A stretch of 64,000 nt of DNA from Chlorokybus atmophyticus (GCA_009103225.1 RHPI01003389.1:725162-789161), one strand, 5' to 3'. Shown: positions 50,451 to 64,000, counted from the stretch's first letter. Translations and numbers: made by a program. The notes: a model not told the origin generated them from the sequence alone.

Positions 50451-51363
50451 ATGCTGCTTCGGAGAGATCTCTCTGCGGGGAGCAGTGACGGCGCCACGGT
50501 GCACTTCCAGATCTTGGAGCTCGACAAGCAGGTAACCGCTGGAAGGGAGCTTGCATTGCCATGCATGAAGCTCAGTGAACAGGTTGTGCGTTACGTGCTG
50601 GCAAGGGTAATTGTGGCGTCCTGTTCGTCCTGCTTGTGGACTTAAAACTTGCTTTGTGATCAGGTGTTTGTGTGGGTTGGCCATGGCGTCCCTCGCCTAG
50701 GCAATCTGCATGCTGCAACGCCCACCAAGTTCGTGAGTGCCTTTGATGCTCTAACGAGGACCTTTTGCTTCACTGTGCATGTATTCAACATGCTCAACCG
50801 TGTTCAGTCACCAAAACGTTAGCTTCGTTCACCATACTTGACATGCATGTTTTTAAGCGGTGTTTCCTTTTTCGACAGTCTCACTATGTTAATCAGCCCA
50901 AGTGGCAAGTCTTAGCCAGCATAAGTTCATTGTACCTGCGGTGGCATTGCACACGGGCTGTGAAGTGCACATGTTGTGCAGGACCGAGTACCCTCTGTCA
51001 CAACGCTGTTTGGTGGAGGCGCCAACGATCCGGCGGCAACAATTGCGCAGCGCTTGTGTAAGTGATTACCAAGTGTGTTTGAGTTGCACTGCGCTTCGTG
51101 CAAGGATGCTGAACATTATAACAGTGTGGGCTGACTGTTTGCAGCACTGAAACTGGGTAAGCCAGTCCTGCTCTCTTACAACCTTCCAGCCAACACACCT
51201 TTACTACAGGTACTCAGAGCTGTTGACGTGCTGTTGTCCTTGCTGGTCATCTCGCAGCAAAGTGTGGCAACATTCTTGTTGCAATGTACTCACATTAACT
51301 TTATGCCTGCAGGCTTTTGCTGAGGCCCAGTTGATTCGAGCTTTCACTGCTAGCAAGGATTGA
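50451..51363 (+). CDS. PSMG4: Proteasome assembly chaperone 4 (PAC4)-like, ~113 aa, 5 exons (50451-50531, 50664-50732, 50982-51057, 51145-51209, 51313-51363)
   Basis: Spliced MLLRRDLSAGSSDGATVHFQILELDKQ|VFVWVGHGVPRLGNLHAATPTKF|DRVPSVTTLFGGGANDPAATIAQRLS|LKLGKPVLLSYNLPANTPLLQ|AFAEAQLIRAFTASKD*. The FVWVG..LGNL..A and AQRL..K motifs match the PAC4 family, and the splice phases are consistent. Confidence 0.85.
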
Positions 51364-51540
51364 GTGAACATTGGATCGCTGCTTTGCTTGACATAAAGCA
51401 TGAGCCTGTTTGACTGCGCTCTGTGTACATGTGTGACTCACACAACAGAGTGCCAGATGTTGAGTCACAATCAGCTGTGTAGAGCATCCATCTTATGGAG
51501 TCAGTAGCTGTCATCATGATGTCTGTATAATGCACTGATA

Positions 51541-54500
51541 TCATTGACTTCGACCAGAGCGGTTGAGGCTGTCTTGGCAAACAATAAGCTGGTGCACAAG
51601 CGAAAGCATCCCAATCTTGTCTGCTCCCAGCGTCCTGTGTGCGGTTGGAATGTATGTATGCGTGTGCGTGATGGCATCAATCACCCAGCGAAATGCAGCC
51701 AGTCCCCTGAATGCTCATGGCGCACCTGAAGGCGGAGATGAGTATGGCGTCCTCGTCGTCACCTTCACGCATCTCCTCCATGCGCGCGTACACCTCGTGG
51801 AAGGCAGCCTCCCCAAGCTCGCGCTCCAGGTACATGCACAGTGCCTCGATGCGGCTCGGCAACGAGTCCCTGCATTCAACACATCAACACCATTATACTT
51901 TCTCTGCCTTGGCGTGGTCGCAGTCTTTGCAAAAAGCTCTCTATCAGTGCTTCTCAGAGCGGCCTTGTGCATGAAAAATTGATGCTCGTGCGTCACTAAT
52001 TTTCCAGGATGCCTATCAGCAAATTCACACTTACTTCTCTGTGATGTTGGGAAGGTGGAGAGTGGATCCATGCAACAGGAATTTGCCGGACCACACGCAG
52101 GCTTCCTCAGACGACTCCTCGCCCGCCAGCGCGACGCCTTCCTCAATATTCCCTGGCTCAGCCTCACCGTCATCAGGGCCCGATTCAGGAACAGGGTTTG
52201 GGTATGCTGCAGCTTCCTCCACCAACTCCATCATAGCACTCAACTGAAACAACAATATGCCAGAAGTAATATACTAGCACATCTTTGCACGCCATGCATC
52301 CTGTCATTATCATCGTCTCATACCATTGCAGAGTATTCGTCTGCATCGGCATCAGTCAATGTGTCCGTGTTGTTGCCATTGGCTTCGTCAGCGCAACTAA
52401 CGGTGTCATTGCCGTTGTCTTTGTCTTTGTTGTTGCCAGCGTTGTTGATGACATTCAGGTCAACATTATGGAGAGGAGGCTTTGACTCGGTCACATCTTT
52501 CTGCACTGTGCGGCCCAAGTCACCATACACCTGCGTTGGTTTCATGCACCACATTCATGACAATGACACTTGCTTACAAACACAGAGTCAAATGCATTGA
52601 GCTAATGCGTGCTGTTGCCATTATGTCATTCTCTGTCAGCACCTGTCGTTTGTTTCTCTCAGCCGCGGCTCTCAACTCCAAAAAGTTCCGCCTGAAAGAA
52701 TAATTGGCTGAGTGGGGAGTCTTACAGCAACTCAACTTGTGTGCAGCGGCTACTCTTAGCAAGCCCGCAACAGCTGCTGCGCATAACTTCACAACGCACA
52801 GCAAACACTCTCACCGTCGAAATTCTGCTAAATCATGCTGGTCACTAGCGCTCTCTGAGTACGCACGAGCACGGTTCGTGTAAGTCGATAGCGTAAGCAT
52901 CATGAGTGTTGTGTTTTGATGCCGGTGATTGTCGAGACTACCTGGTGCGCATCGAACGGGTTCATTCACAGGTGAAACAGGTGGCGAGGGCGATATGGAT
53001 GGCCCGTTTTCTGACTGGTGAGCCTGGCAGAACAACGAGGGTGGGGACTGTTGGTGTGCGTGTTATGCAGTGTGTTACCCAACCATCACCAGCAGGATGA
53101 AGCTACCTGCATGCGGTTTCGTGCCGCCGCCGCGCGATTCTCAAAGAACAGCGCGCGGCGACGCCTTTCATCCAACTCTTCTTCCTCCCTCTTCTGCACA
53201 ATACACAGTTATTAGAAGCAAACACTTGGACGCATATGTGCACTCTCATGCACGCACGTGTGTGCCAAGTTGCATGCACAACAACTACAACCACAAAACA
53301 CAGCCACGCACATTGCGTTGTTGTGGCTTGTCGTTGGAGTAGGAGCCAGCTTCTGCTTGCGGGGTTGCGGAAGAAGCCTCCGTTCTGGCTACAGAAGGGC
53401 TATGGGATGGGAGTTCGTCGCCATACAAACGCGCTTTATTACGCTGAGCTTCTGCCTAAGTGAGTACACTTGTTGGCATTGTGTGGTTACTGCAACACTG
53501 GGATCAGAATTCGCGGGTATGCATATTGGCCACTTGTGTGGTGTAAGCACCTGTCGTTGCATGAATTCTTTCTTTCGCTCCATCACTTTTTGCTGTTCAT
53601 CCTATTCAGCCAAGCTCCATTGACCAACCAACCCACACATGTGAGCCTCAGGTAGTTCATCACACACACCTCTGCAAAATGGAAGACAAGCTGAAGGGGT
53701 CTTTCTGCACCCAGAACTCGAGCAGCAGCACCCGCAACATCCTTGTTATGCGCATTGTTGTCCACATTGCTGCTGCTCTTGGACACGGAGTTGTGCCTCC
53801 TCGGTAGTGCCCCCGCATACCTTGCACCATCCTGTATAGTTGGTTGTTGAGCACTTCAAACACACGCACACATGCGAACAGTGTTTGCGGGTTGGTGTCG
53901 TGATCACCATACCTGTACACGCTGGTCAACAGCTAGTTTGGCCTCAATTGAGAAGCCCTCTTCTCGCTCTCGTTCACGCTCCCTTTCTCTGTCACGCCTT
54001 TCAGCCAACAACTTCTCCGCCCTCGCCTTGGCATGTTTCTTCCTCTCCTCGTCTACCACCTTGCCCCTCTCCTTCTCCCTCTCCCTCTCCCCCTCTCTAT
54101 CCCTCTCCCCCTCTCTCTCCCTCTCCTTCTTTCTCTCCCTCTCCTTTTCCTTCTCCTTCTCCTTCTCTTTCTCCCTCTCCCTCTCCCTCTCTCTATTTTT
54201 CTCCTTCTCCTTCTCCTTCTCTTTCTCCCTCTCCCTCTCTCTCTCCCTCTCTCTATTTTTCTCCCTCTCCTTCTCCCTCTCTTTCTCCCTCTCCCTCTCC
54301 TTGTCCTTGCTGTTGTCTCTCTGTGGTGCTTGCTCTTGAGGCCTTGAGGCAGGCCGCACAACCGGCCTGGCTGGAGGTGGAGGTGGAGGCCTTGCGGCAG
54401 CTTTGTTGTTGTTGTTGTAGTTGTTGTTGTGAATGGGGTTGACAGCTGGTCTTGGCGAGAGCAGTCTCTTCTTGTGCAGCACTGTGTGCGCAAACTCCTC

Positions 54501-54882
54501 CGCCCGCATGGACTCTGTCACACAGCACTTCACATACCCTATACACAACCATAGAAACAAGACCACCACCACCACCAACAACAACAACATGTCCTACCGC
54601 TGAGGAATTTGACTATGCGGTTGCGTATGATGGGTTCACGCAGGATCTCGTTCACAGAGGGCCGCAGGCCGGGGGACCGAGCAAGCATGCGGGAGACAAG
54701 GCCGCGCAGCGGGGCGGAGTATGTAGCTGGCGGCGGCGTGTACATCCCTCTCACTATCTGTGCAGGTATTTATGTAAAGCATAGAAATGCTATTTCATGC
54801 TTAACAAGCCACACAAGCATTCACACGCATGCACATATGTGTGTGTGGAAGTGAGACGCGCGCGCGCGCGCGCGCGAGAGAG

Positions 54883-54959
<77 letters not shown>

Positions 54960-55053
54960 NNNNNNNNNNNNNNNNNNNNNNNNNNNNNNNNNNNNNNNNN
55001 NNNNNNNNNNNNNNNNNNNNNNNNNNNNNNNNNNNNNNNNNNNNNNNNNNNNN

Positions 55054-55094
<41 letters not shown>

Positions 55095-56668
55095 GGGGTG
55101 GGGTATGTGGGTGCCTTGAGGACTAGGAGCCCTCACCTTGAAGACGAGGAGCTTGAGAGTGTGGGCTTCAAACGCATGACGCAGAGTCATCATCTCGTAA
55201 AGTAGGCATCCCAAAGACCAGACGTCCGACTTGGCGTTGTACGCTTTGTTCTCGCATATCTCAGGACTGTTGTTGTCACCCCAATGAGGTGACCCCATAC
55301 AACAATATCAAACCACTCGCTGAACAGAGCTTGCATAGTAGACTGGCAGCTTTGTGCTGTAGTTGTTGTTTTTGTTGTTGTTGTTGTTGTCTCTTACCTT
55401 AGGTAGTACGGCGTGCCGACCGTTGTTGACGCCATGTGCTGTGTACCTGTAAGCACCTAATACCAGAAAACACATAGTAATCGATACCGTCGCTGCTTGG
55501 TGATTGAGTCAGGCCATGATACATGTTGCACACAACAATCACCTTTGAGACGCCAAAGTCCCCAAGGCGAGCAATCCCTGACATGGCCAGGAACACGTTC
55601 TGGGACTTGATGTCGCGGTGGAGGACCTGCGTGAAGGGAAGGAACACAGTCAGGACCAGAAGCCAAACACTTAGTACATCCTGTTGCCTGGCACACTGTA
55701 TAGGATATGTAAAGTGCTGTATATAGGTTACCTTTCTGTCATGAATGTGTTTGAGGGCCAAACACAGCTGCACGAACCAGTCGAGGACACGCTGCGCATA
55801 ACCAACACATGCAGAAGTAGTGTAAGACGAGTTGATGGTGTCCAAAAGTACAACAGCTACAAAACAATGCAACAAACAACGTGTTGTAAAGGATATTACG
55901 TCTTCTGAGAGATGAACTCCACTTTGCCTCTTCAGCAGCTGGTACAAGTCACCTGTCATGCTCATCAATTGTAATGATGCTGTTCGTTGCGTGTGCTGCA
56001 TGTGCATGGTGCAGTTGAATGCAACTTACCTGCTTCGCACCACTCCATTACTATGCAGAGCTTGCCGCCATCAATGAAGGACCTGAGAGTGGGTGGGTGG
56101 GTGTGCGTGTACGCGTGCGCGCATGTGCAGCATTGTATGCGGCAGTGCATGCACGCACACATTCGTGCGCACGTGGATGTGCATGTGAGCAGACGATAAA
56201 AACATGCACGCTTGACAATCTTTATTACATAGGTCATCAATGTTCTTACTCTGAGCAGCGCACAATGTTTGGATGGTTGAGCGAAGACAGCAGCTGAGCC
56301 TCTTGCTGAGAAGCATCCCTCTCAGCCTGATTCAAACAGAATAGTTAACATGTGTGCACTTGCTTCAAAAGTTTTGCTCACGATGAGTAGGTTTGTTGAA
56401 ATCACCTTTGGCATCTTTGAGATATTAATTTCTTTGACAACATACTTCTTGCCATCCTTCCTGCAAAGCGGCAAAGTGATAGCGAACACGTCATAAACGT
56501 TTTAACCTCACAGGCGGGCTGCTGTATGACACACACACGCACACACACATACGCTTGTGCGCGCGCGTGCACTCGTTAATTACACAAAACAACTCACTTG
56601 CTTGCGACGAGTATAGCTTTGCCAAAGCTGCCTTTCCCGAGCAGCTTAATTTTGGTGTATCTTTCCAT
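51541..56668 (-). CDS. NIMA-related kinase, NEK1-like, with a charged E/K/R coiled coil
   Basis: [20 protein letters not shown]; [11 protein letters not shown]; LGDFGVSKV; GTPYYL|[21 protein letters not shown]; (ER/EK)n tract at ~54000-54310; C-terminal [22 protein letters not shown]..|[21 protein letters not shown] resembles the NEK1 C-terminus. Confidence 0.92.
54857..55090. repeat. (GC)n/(GA)n microsatellite spanning an assembly gap (54960-55053) in a NEK intron
   Basis: Visible runs and Ns. Confidence 0.95.
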
Positions 56669-58026
56669 GTTGCCACAGGTCCGTGTATCAACATGACCTC
56701 ACAGGCATGACCATCACGTCAAGTATCTGCGCATGCATGGAGAAGGCATTGGTTAGTACCCAAGATAAACACACTCTCTGAAAGCATGCCGCTGGTTTAC
56801 CTATCACGCTTATTGCATCAATCGGCGTGGTAGCCAAATTGGTGTCACGTTTGGCGATAGACTTGCAAACGCCTACGGCCGAGGGTTATCTTCACCACGG
56901 AACGTACAACTAGTAAGCTGATAGTCACATAACGGCCACAACCCGCCGGTTGTGGCCATTACAAGACGTAAATACCAGGTGGTAATCCAAATCACTTATC
57001 ACAGTTGCAATCACTTCGTCACCTGACTGATTTGTCTGCCGCAGCGACCCTTTTCTCCAAGCGATCTGTTCGCAAGCAGTGGGCTCAACAGCAGGATAGT
57101 CTTGTCCTTCCTGCGTCACAACGCCGTGCGCGTTGTCGCTGTGGTCAGCAGCATTGTCTCTGTGGCCGTCGTCGCCGTCGTCATCCTCATGCTCACCATC
57201 GTCATCATGCTCGTCGTCGTCGATGACGTTGACGGCATCGTTGTCGTGGTTGTCCACGGCGGCAGAGGGGCTCAGGATCACGTCACGTGCCGTACGCCAG
57301 CCCCTGGGCAAAAAGCAATGCGTTAGGTGTACCTTTTGGAGTGTCTAACTTAACTCCAAATTACCCAACGGTTAGGTTGCTTAACGCGGCACTGCGGTCC
57401 CCGCATGTAGGGCCCTTAGGGCCCCTTGGTAAGGGCCCTATTCGACGGCTTATCAGGGCGCAAAGTGCGGATGGTGCTCACCGCCTACCTTTGCCTATCA
57501 ATACTGGTGGCCAGCACATGATACCACCTGCATGGTTGACCTTATTGAGATCGTGCACCTTGTGAAGCGATTATACTTGTAGGTGCACTTGCCTAGCACT
57601 TGAGTGAACTCAAGTTTGAAACAACAATGTGCACTCATAATACAGCACCGAGGTTTACAGTTCATACTACTAATATGATAACTGCTTATGAAGAAAATGT
57701 TATTTGATCTTACACCTCGGACATGCGCGTTGACCTCATTTTGCAGACATGTGCAGTTGACAGTATTGATGACTACTACCTACTGCCCTACAACTAGTTA
57801 CAATCTGCACTCAATTATCAACATCAAATAATGATGGAAAATTGTAATAATGAACGCGTATGTAAACATATGTGAACACAAAGGTTCCGTGCATATATAC
57901 ACAAACAATACATACATCTGTTCAGATACAGTTGAGTCGAGTATACTGAGACTCATCATCAATGATGACATGTTCATGGCAGTCCCAGTTGCAAAACCTC
58001 GTCACCCACACCAATCATGAGTTGTT

Positions 58027-60369
58027 CTATGAGCTCTTCTGCATTGGTAGGCGAGGGAGTTGGGAGATGGCGGTGTGGAGTTTCCGTCGCGGGCCAACTG
58101 CTGTGACGCCCATCTCGCGGAGGTCCTCGAGGGTGAGGACAGGCAGGACTGAGGTGTCCACCTCATGCAGCTCAAACAGCGTGTAGTACTTGGCAAGGCC
58201 GAGCTCCTCCAACCATGGCTTGATGGCAATGGGCATCAGCGTCACGGGTGCTTCTTGCAATCCAGGAAGCACTGATGTCGGTGCTGTTACTGGCCCTATT
58301 AGCATGATCGTGTATCAGTAGGCAAGCCATGGAGGTCATACGCTCATTTACAGCAGGCGATTGGTCCTTGTTCTTACAGCCTGTCATCCTAGAACTGTGC
58401 TGTGCGAGCACAAGCAATGATATGGCAACCATACACGTGGTGAGTGTGCACATGTGTACACGCAGCGTACCTGGCTGCGACTCCACAGGTGTGGCCAGAT
58501 CTCCTGATGGCGTCCGTGTGATGGTGCCAGAAGGCTCGCTTGCAACCTCTGCTGCTTTGCTACCGGAGGGTGGCACATCCTTGCCGGCATGTTGTGCCGG
58601 CCATGCAGCTGTGAACACAAACCCATCATCGCTTAGAACAACTCAAACTGTATGCTTCAAGGTCCCTTAGCATCAACTATTAATAACGCACCCGCAGCGG
58701 TCAAAGTCTCAGCCTGCGGCTTGTCTGCAGTCGATGCCGGTTGGTTTGGCCGACGGTTCATAAGCTCGTGCAGAAGGTCTGTGATCTTGATGGTCTTCTC
58801 AGTTGGACCAGTTGGATGTGCATCATGAACAGCTGTCACAAAGTCAAACATGCGCGTGTCAAGTCACAGGTAAGACATCGCATATGCATTGAATGGAGGA
58901 CATATCACAAGTGCTCACCACCTCATCCGCCACAACATGCACAAGACAGAAGATTACAACCAACACAAGAACCAGATGGCCAACAAATTTGCTCACCACC
59001 ATCGGCTGGCTGCTTGCTGGACTCTCCTGCCGGTCGGGAAGGTTGATCGCCGCCTGCATTGCGTCCAGGTCCAATCAGGCCAAACAGTGGGAAGCCTTTT
59101 GTCACATTGGTTGCCATCGTGCCAGACGACGTAAGGATGCTCTCTTCTCCTGCTTTCAGACCCTCGTCAGCCTTGCCACCCGCATTATCACCGCCTTCAC
59201 GCTTGCCTTCATCAGCAACGCTGTTGTCTTTAGCTTCTGGCTGCTCGGCCGCACGCTGCGTAGAGGCAATGTTGCTGTCATTGTTGTTCTTGTTGTTGTT
59301 GCTGTTGCTGTTGTTGTTCTGTTCTTCCGCTTTGGCATCACTTGCACAGATCTCGCGCAAAGTATCTGCTGCGGGCAGTTCATCATCATCAATATGCTTG
59401 GATAGGTCTCCGTTAGGCGCCTCGGAGCCACTTGCAAGCTTCTTGTGGCTGCGCGACACCACAACTTTGCCATCTTCTTCGCCATTTGTTTCAAGCTTTG
59501 CTTCAAGCTTTTTAGCTCGCGCGGTCTTTTTAACTGATGATGTTTTGGTTGTTGGCTCATCCCAAACCGGTTTGTCGGAGGCCGGTTTGTCCCCTGAGCA
59601 GCACACAAAAGAATACATGCAATCAGCGAGATGTGAACATACGTCGCAGCTTAATGACGGTGATGATGATGAAAAAGTCAGACCTGCGGTTGGAGTGCTC
59701 TGGCCGTCAAGCTCTGCCAGCCGCACACTAGGCTTGCGGTGCCTCTTGGCTGCTGGCTCCTGCTTCTCATCCAGGTTCTGCACAACTACCTGTCAGCTCA
59801 GCTCAAACCATGTGCATCTATGCGAGTGTATCTGTGTGCTTGTAACAACATGTCTGTGGCATGCGCCTGCGCATGCCACAGACATGTTACAAGTACAAGC
59901 ATTTGCGTGTCTGTCTGGATCATATTCACTGATGAGTGGACCCTATGTGTACCGTAAGTAGTTTACCTGAGCTAAGCGCAAGGCCCGAAGTCTCTTTCTC
60001 TCTTTCATGTCTTCTCCCGTCACAACATGCTGCATGCCATCAATGGTCTGCGAGGGACCCATGTGACGGCCTGCACGCTCCCATCTAGCAGAGCCACACC
60101 ACACAGATGAGCTCACATGCAAGAGACTGAGTGACACGCACATCCACACGTCCAACAACTGACTCTTGCAAGAAAGAAATAATGCATGTAAAAGGGCCGC
60201 ACCGTTCAGTAGCGAGGTCTAGGGTTTGGACCTCGCCATCATCGTAGCGGATGCGGTATTTCTTCTCTTTGTAAAGGTACTCTGTCAGCTGGCCTCGGTA
60301 CCAGGTGTTGTCCAGAGGCCAGAAGACGTAAATGAAGGTGCCCACGCCGGTCTTCCCAAATTTCCCCAT
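58027..60369 (-). CDS. Tudor-like + SAM domain protein
   Basis: N-terminal GTFIYVFWPLDNTWYRGQLTEY..KYRIRYDDGEVQTLDLATER (Tudor); KRHRKPSVRLAEL; low-complexity middle; C-terminal WLEELGLAKYYTLFELHEVDTSVLPVLTLEDLREMGVTAVGPRRKLHTAISQL (SAM). ATG 60369 is tentative and 5' exons may extend to ~61.2 kb. Confidence 0.8.
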
Positions 60370-63300
60370 GTGTGCGGGTATATGTGTGTATGTGCGGGTG
60401 TATGTGTGTATCACACAAAGTCACACTCGTTTGTGCCCTGCATCAAACGCACAACGAACCACCCTAAGCTTGCATCAATCGCCAGGCAATGTTGCGGAAT
60501 TTGTTGCATGTGTGCCTCTACAGATCAAAGCACACATCCACATGTTGGACCCACCCAACAACACACTCACTCAACAGGCTGCCACGAAATGGACACTGTG
60601 CTCTGTTTTAGTTAATTGCTGCTGCAATGCAGTGCAATAAAGTAGCAAGCTTTGATGCTGCTCTGCCGCAGCAACGCCTGGCGGCGGCAGCAACGCCATC
60701 GCCACAGCATGCAACAATCACAAGCCCAGCTGCCATTCGACTGAACAGACAACAGACAAACACACAAAGGCAAGCAACAACACTACGCCGCCGGCAGAAA
60801 CTCTGCATTTCATGGACCTGCAGCACAGAACCCTAAAAACCCACCTGAAAGAGCCGATTGAAAGGGCTGGACGTTGAGCTTCAGGTGCTGGGCAGGCTCG
60901 CCGCAGCTGCGGCCCTCAGCGACGTCGACGACACTACGCCGCACCGCAACGACGACGCCGCCGCGCAGAAGCAAGCGGCGGCGGCTGCCGATGACCCAGG
61001 TCCTGTCCCCGCCCCTGTCCCCGCCCCTGCCCTCACCTAGGTCCAGCCTCAGCTCCAGACCCTAACAGCCCCTGCAGCCCCCTTGCAGGCGGCTAGCAAC
61101 CAGCAGTCCCCTCAGCGCCGAGCGCCTGAGATGCGACAACCCAGGCCCAGGTCCAGCCGAGCCACCTCCGCAGCGACACCGCCGACAGCGCCGCCGCTCT
61201 GCCGCTCACTACCTGAAGCACACACATACGCACAAACAAAGCGCCAGCTTGAAGACACTGCCAGGCGCTGCGATCAGTGTCTGGCGCTCCTATCTCAGCC
61301 TCCACAATGCAGATTCGGTTAGATAATTGAAATTCCTCCATTTTTCTCATGTTGTACGGGGGGCTTAATAGGCGCGTGATTGCTGTGCGAGCATTCCTAA
61401 CTCTATTATTGTGCCGAGGCTTTTTCATGAGACCAGGTCCTCCAGGTTTTGAGGACGTGACCTTCCCTCCGTTCATGCTTTACTACCCAACAAAACACAT
61501 CGGGACCTCGGTCCGGTTTCTCCGTTTTGCTTGACCGATATTGGGGTCTGACTGAGGGCCGTACCGACTCTGTGTTGTCAGGCCGGCGTGCGCAGTCAAG
61601 TTGACGTGTGCGGAGCCACATTGACCGGGTCTCAGTATGAGACCGGTTATTTCTCCGGCCCTAAACGCGGTCCCGCCGGAACGCGGTTTGCCGCAACGTT
61701 GTCGCAGCGGACTTCTTCTTGGCTGACTGGACAGGTTTGTTAAGGCGACAGTACTGGTGGTTGCTGGATAAATTCATCGGGTTCGTCGCAATCAAAACCC
61801 TCAGCATGCAACTTGCAGTTGCCAACTGCCACATCCAAAGCATGCAAGCATTATCAAAGGCAGCACAACTGTGTTGAACAACAGCAGAGGGAATAGAGGA
61901 GATAGCAACAAGCATTGTTATCGTCATCAATCGTTAAGATGAGAGCTTGTATAGTGAGGTGTTATTATTATTGGATATGCGGCTATGCGGCTTATTGCTA
62001 TGTGAATTAATGGCCATGTTGGTATACTATATGCACAAAAGCGCTCTCAAAGATGATGAGCGCACTACCTTTAAGCATGGGTTGAACATGAGGTTGCTGG
62101 AATGCGCACATACAATGTCATAACAAGCTTAGCGGACGTGTCATGCAAATGCTAAGGAGGAAGGCTAGCTAGACCCTATAGAATAATGAGATTGTATGCC
62201 AGTTTACCACCCCCACCCCCCCTCCCCCCCTCCCATTCTAAATGTACCATGGTCCATGATGAAGTGCCGTGCTTTATGAAATAAGCCAAACCACAGAGCC
62301 CCTCAAGCTCATGCATGAGATTGAGGCGCTCTTTGGATTACGGCGCTTCAACTCAGCAGAGCATGCTCACTCTCATCGTTGATGATGTGTATGGTATGCA
62401 AGACAAAATTATGTACCTACGAAAAGGCAAGCGCAGGGGGGCAATACTGGTAGACTTAGAGGTAGCAGGCAGCATGCAGGCGCCTTGCCCTAGTGGTGGA
62501 TGTGGAGAGTGTTGGTGGTGTTGGCTAAATTGCATGCACACGTAGGTTTGCATGTTATGCATTCCCTCTTGCATCTTTGGCACATATGGAAACAAACAAG
62601 GTAGATCTCTTTATAGCGTAGATCTCAAACAGGGAGTCGACACCATTACATGTTTAGCCGTGGGGTATACCTCAACGCCTCACGAATCCAACCACAACCC
62701 ATTATCGTATCTGTGCGCAGCAATGCAAGGACTTGGCATTGACATGAATAAGTGGCAGAGAGTGCACATGCTCTATCGTCAGTTAGGGGCAATCAAAGGC
62801 ACATGCCCATGCTCGTGTGTTAATATGTGCGAAATCATTCAACGTGATCAGTAATGTCAATTAACGTGGGCAAGTCGTGCTTAACAAAACCCTAAACAAA
62901 CCATGGAAAGCACATGTAGAAGTCTTGAACAATAAAAGGTATATAATCTTTATAAGTGCGCGTGTTAAAAGGAATATGATTGGTTGGTATATTGGTATAT
63001 ATATGCAAGTTGTTTGCAAATGAACGATACAAACAACGCTATTTGTGAAAATACATTCATTGCTTTTCATAGCATGCGCACGCACTTGTTCATATCTCTC
63101 TTGATCTTTCCTTTTTATGGGATATCCCTTACAAGAGGAAGCAATAACGCTTTTGATGCTATCATGTATTTATACATCCGAGCAAGTTACATGGACATGT
63201 GTGATCGTGCAGGCATGCGCTGGACTGCATTCGACATTGAAACTTCTTGTGTATACTATAGAACTCTTTTCATCCGCTTAGTTCATGCAGCAGATTGCTC

Positions 63301-64000
63301 CCAACATAGCGCGCGACCCCTGGGGTGACACCACTTGATGCAATGACAGCTGGAATGGCATGAAATCACATGAATCTGGAAGTGCATCTAAGATGCCCCC
63401 GATGCAAATCGTCTGCACACCCTTGTTTCAAATGCATGCATCTCTTCAGACTTATGTAAACATACGCATCTTGCATTATATGTACAACTCACACCGCAAG
63501 CTCACTTGACCACTTATCCTGCAACCAGGCTGGCAGAAAACTTTACAGCACCAAGTGGCAGCAGTCCTTGCTTTAAGCCAGTGCACTGGCTTGCATCCTA
63601 GTCTAGCATATCGATACAGACAACCAACTAACTAAGGTGTGGGGGACATGCCTGCTGACAACAGTTGCTACAGAGGGGCCCAACGCAGTCAATGACTAGC
63701 AAATAAGAGGGGTAAATACGTACAAAATGACTAACACGCAGCGGCGCATGCATCATACACAACAGACTACAAGAAATACGTGAGCGTATTGCGCTTCCGC
63801 GAACCGCCCTCGCCATATAGCTCATTCCACTGCCGCAGCTCCATCATGCTCACGGCATCTAGCGACACGCTACAACCGACCTGCATGCCACACCAATCAA
63901 TTGATGGTTATCAGTAGCTGCATAGGTCGGCAAACATTGTCTAAATGAATTCCTTGTTGAGGGCTTGCTGTGCATGGGCCAAACCAGCACTGAGTGAAAT

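Noticed and set aside
53840-54553. Plus-strand SPSPS / LSLSF ORFs resembling extensin or membrane proteins
   Set aside because: These are antisense or alternative-frame shadows of the NEK (ER/EK)n exon.
61320-64000. Short ORFs and small hairpins (e.g. ggtctc-agtat-gagacc) at the window end
   Set aside because: No recognisable domains, termini or splice-consistent model. Treated as promoter plus decayed intergenic DNA.

Overview
Intron-rich eukaryotic nuclear DNA, most likely from a green plant-lineage alga. An early-diverging streptophyte is my inference, based on a plant-type PEX5 N-terminus, a plant-type SAM protein, telo-boxes and a NEK1-like ciliary kinase. There are three assembly gaps. 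The single-ORF track is mostly noise, so gene models were rebuilt by hand from GT-AG (one GC-AG) splice sites. In order: a degenerate tandem repeat and an inverted-repeat cluster (1-2.9 kb); an HMG-box (Nhp6/HMGB-like) gene (-); a ~11 kb Helitron with a canonical hairpin+CTAG 3' end, internal ~150 bp satellite, a coiled-coil/CCCH zinc-finger cargo gene and an intron-rich RepHel gene carrying N-terminal 23-aa STPR-like repeats and three in-frame stops; eIF5A (+); a Myb + PHD/C5HCH chromatin protein (-) head-to-head with VPS13 (+, ~14.5 kb, with a perfect 31-bp hairpin in intron 1); a secreted reprolysin-like (M12B) metalloprotease fused to a malectin domain (-); PEX5 (-) head-to-head with PSMG4/PAC4 (+); a NEK1-like kinase (-); and a Tudor + SAM protein (-). 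No rRNA, tRNA or CRISPR array was recognised. The most promising leads are the M12B-malectin protease, the Helitron cargo/STPR architecture and the unusual chromatin-reader domain combinations. Family assignments come from motif recognition, not database searches.
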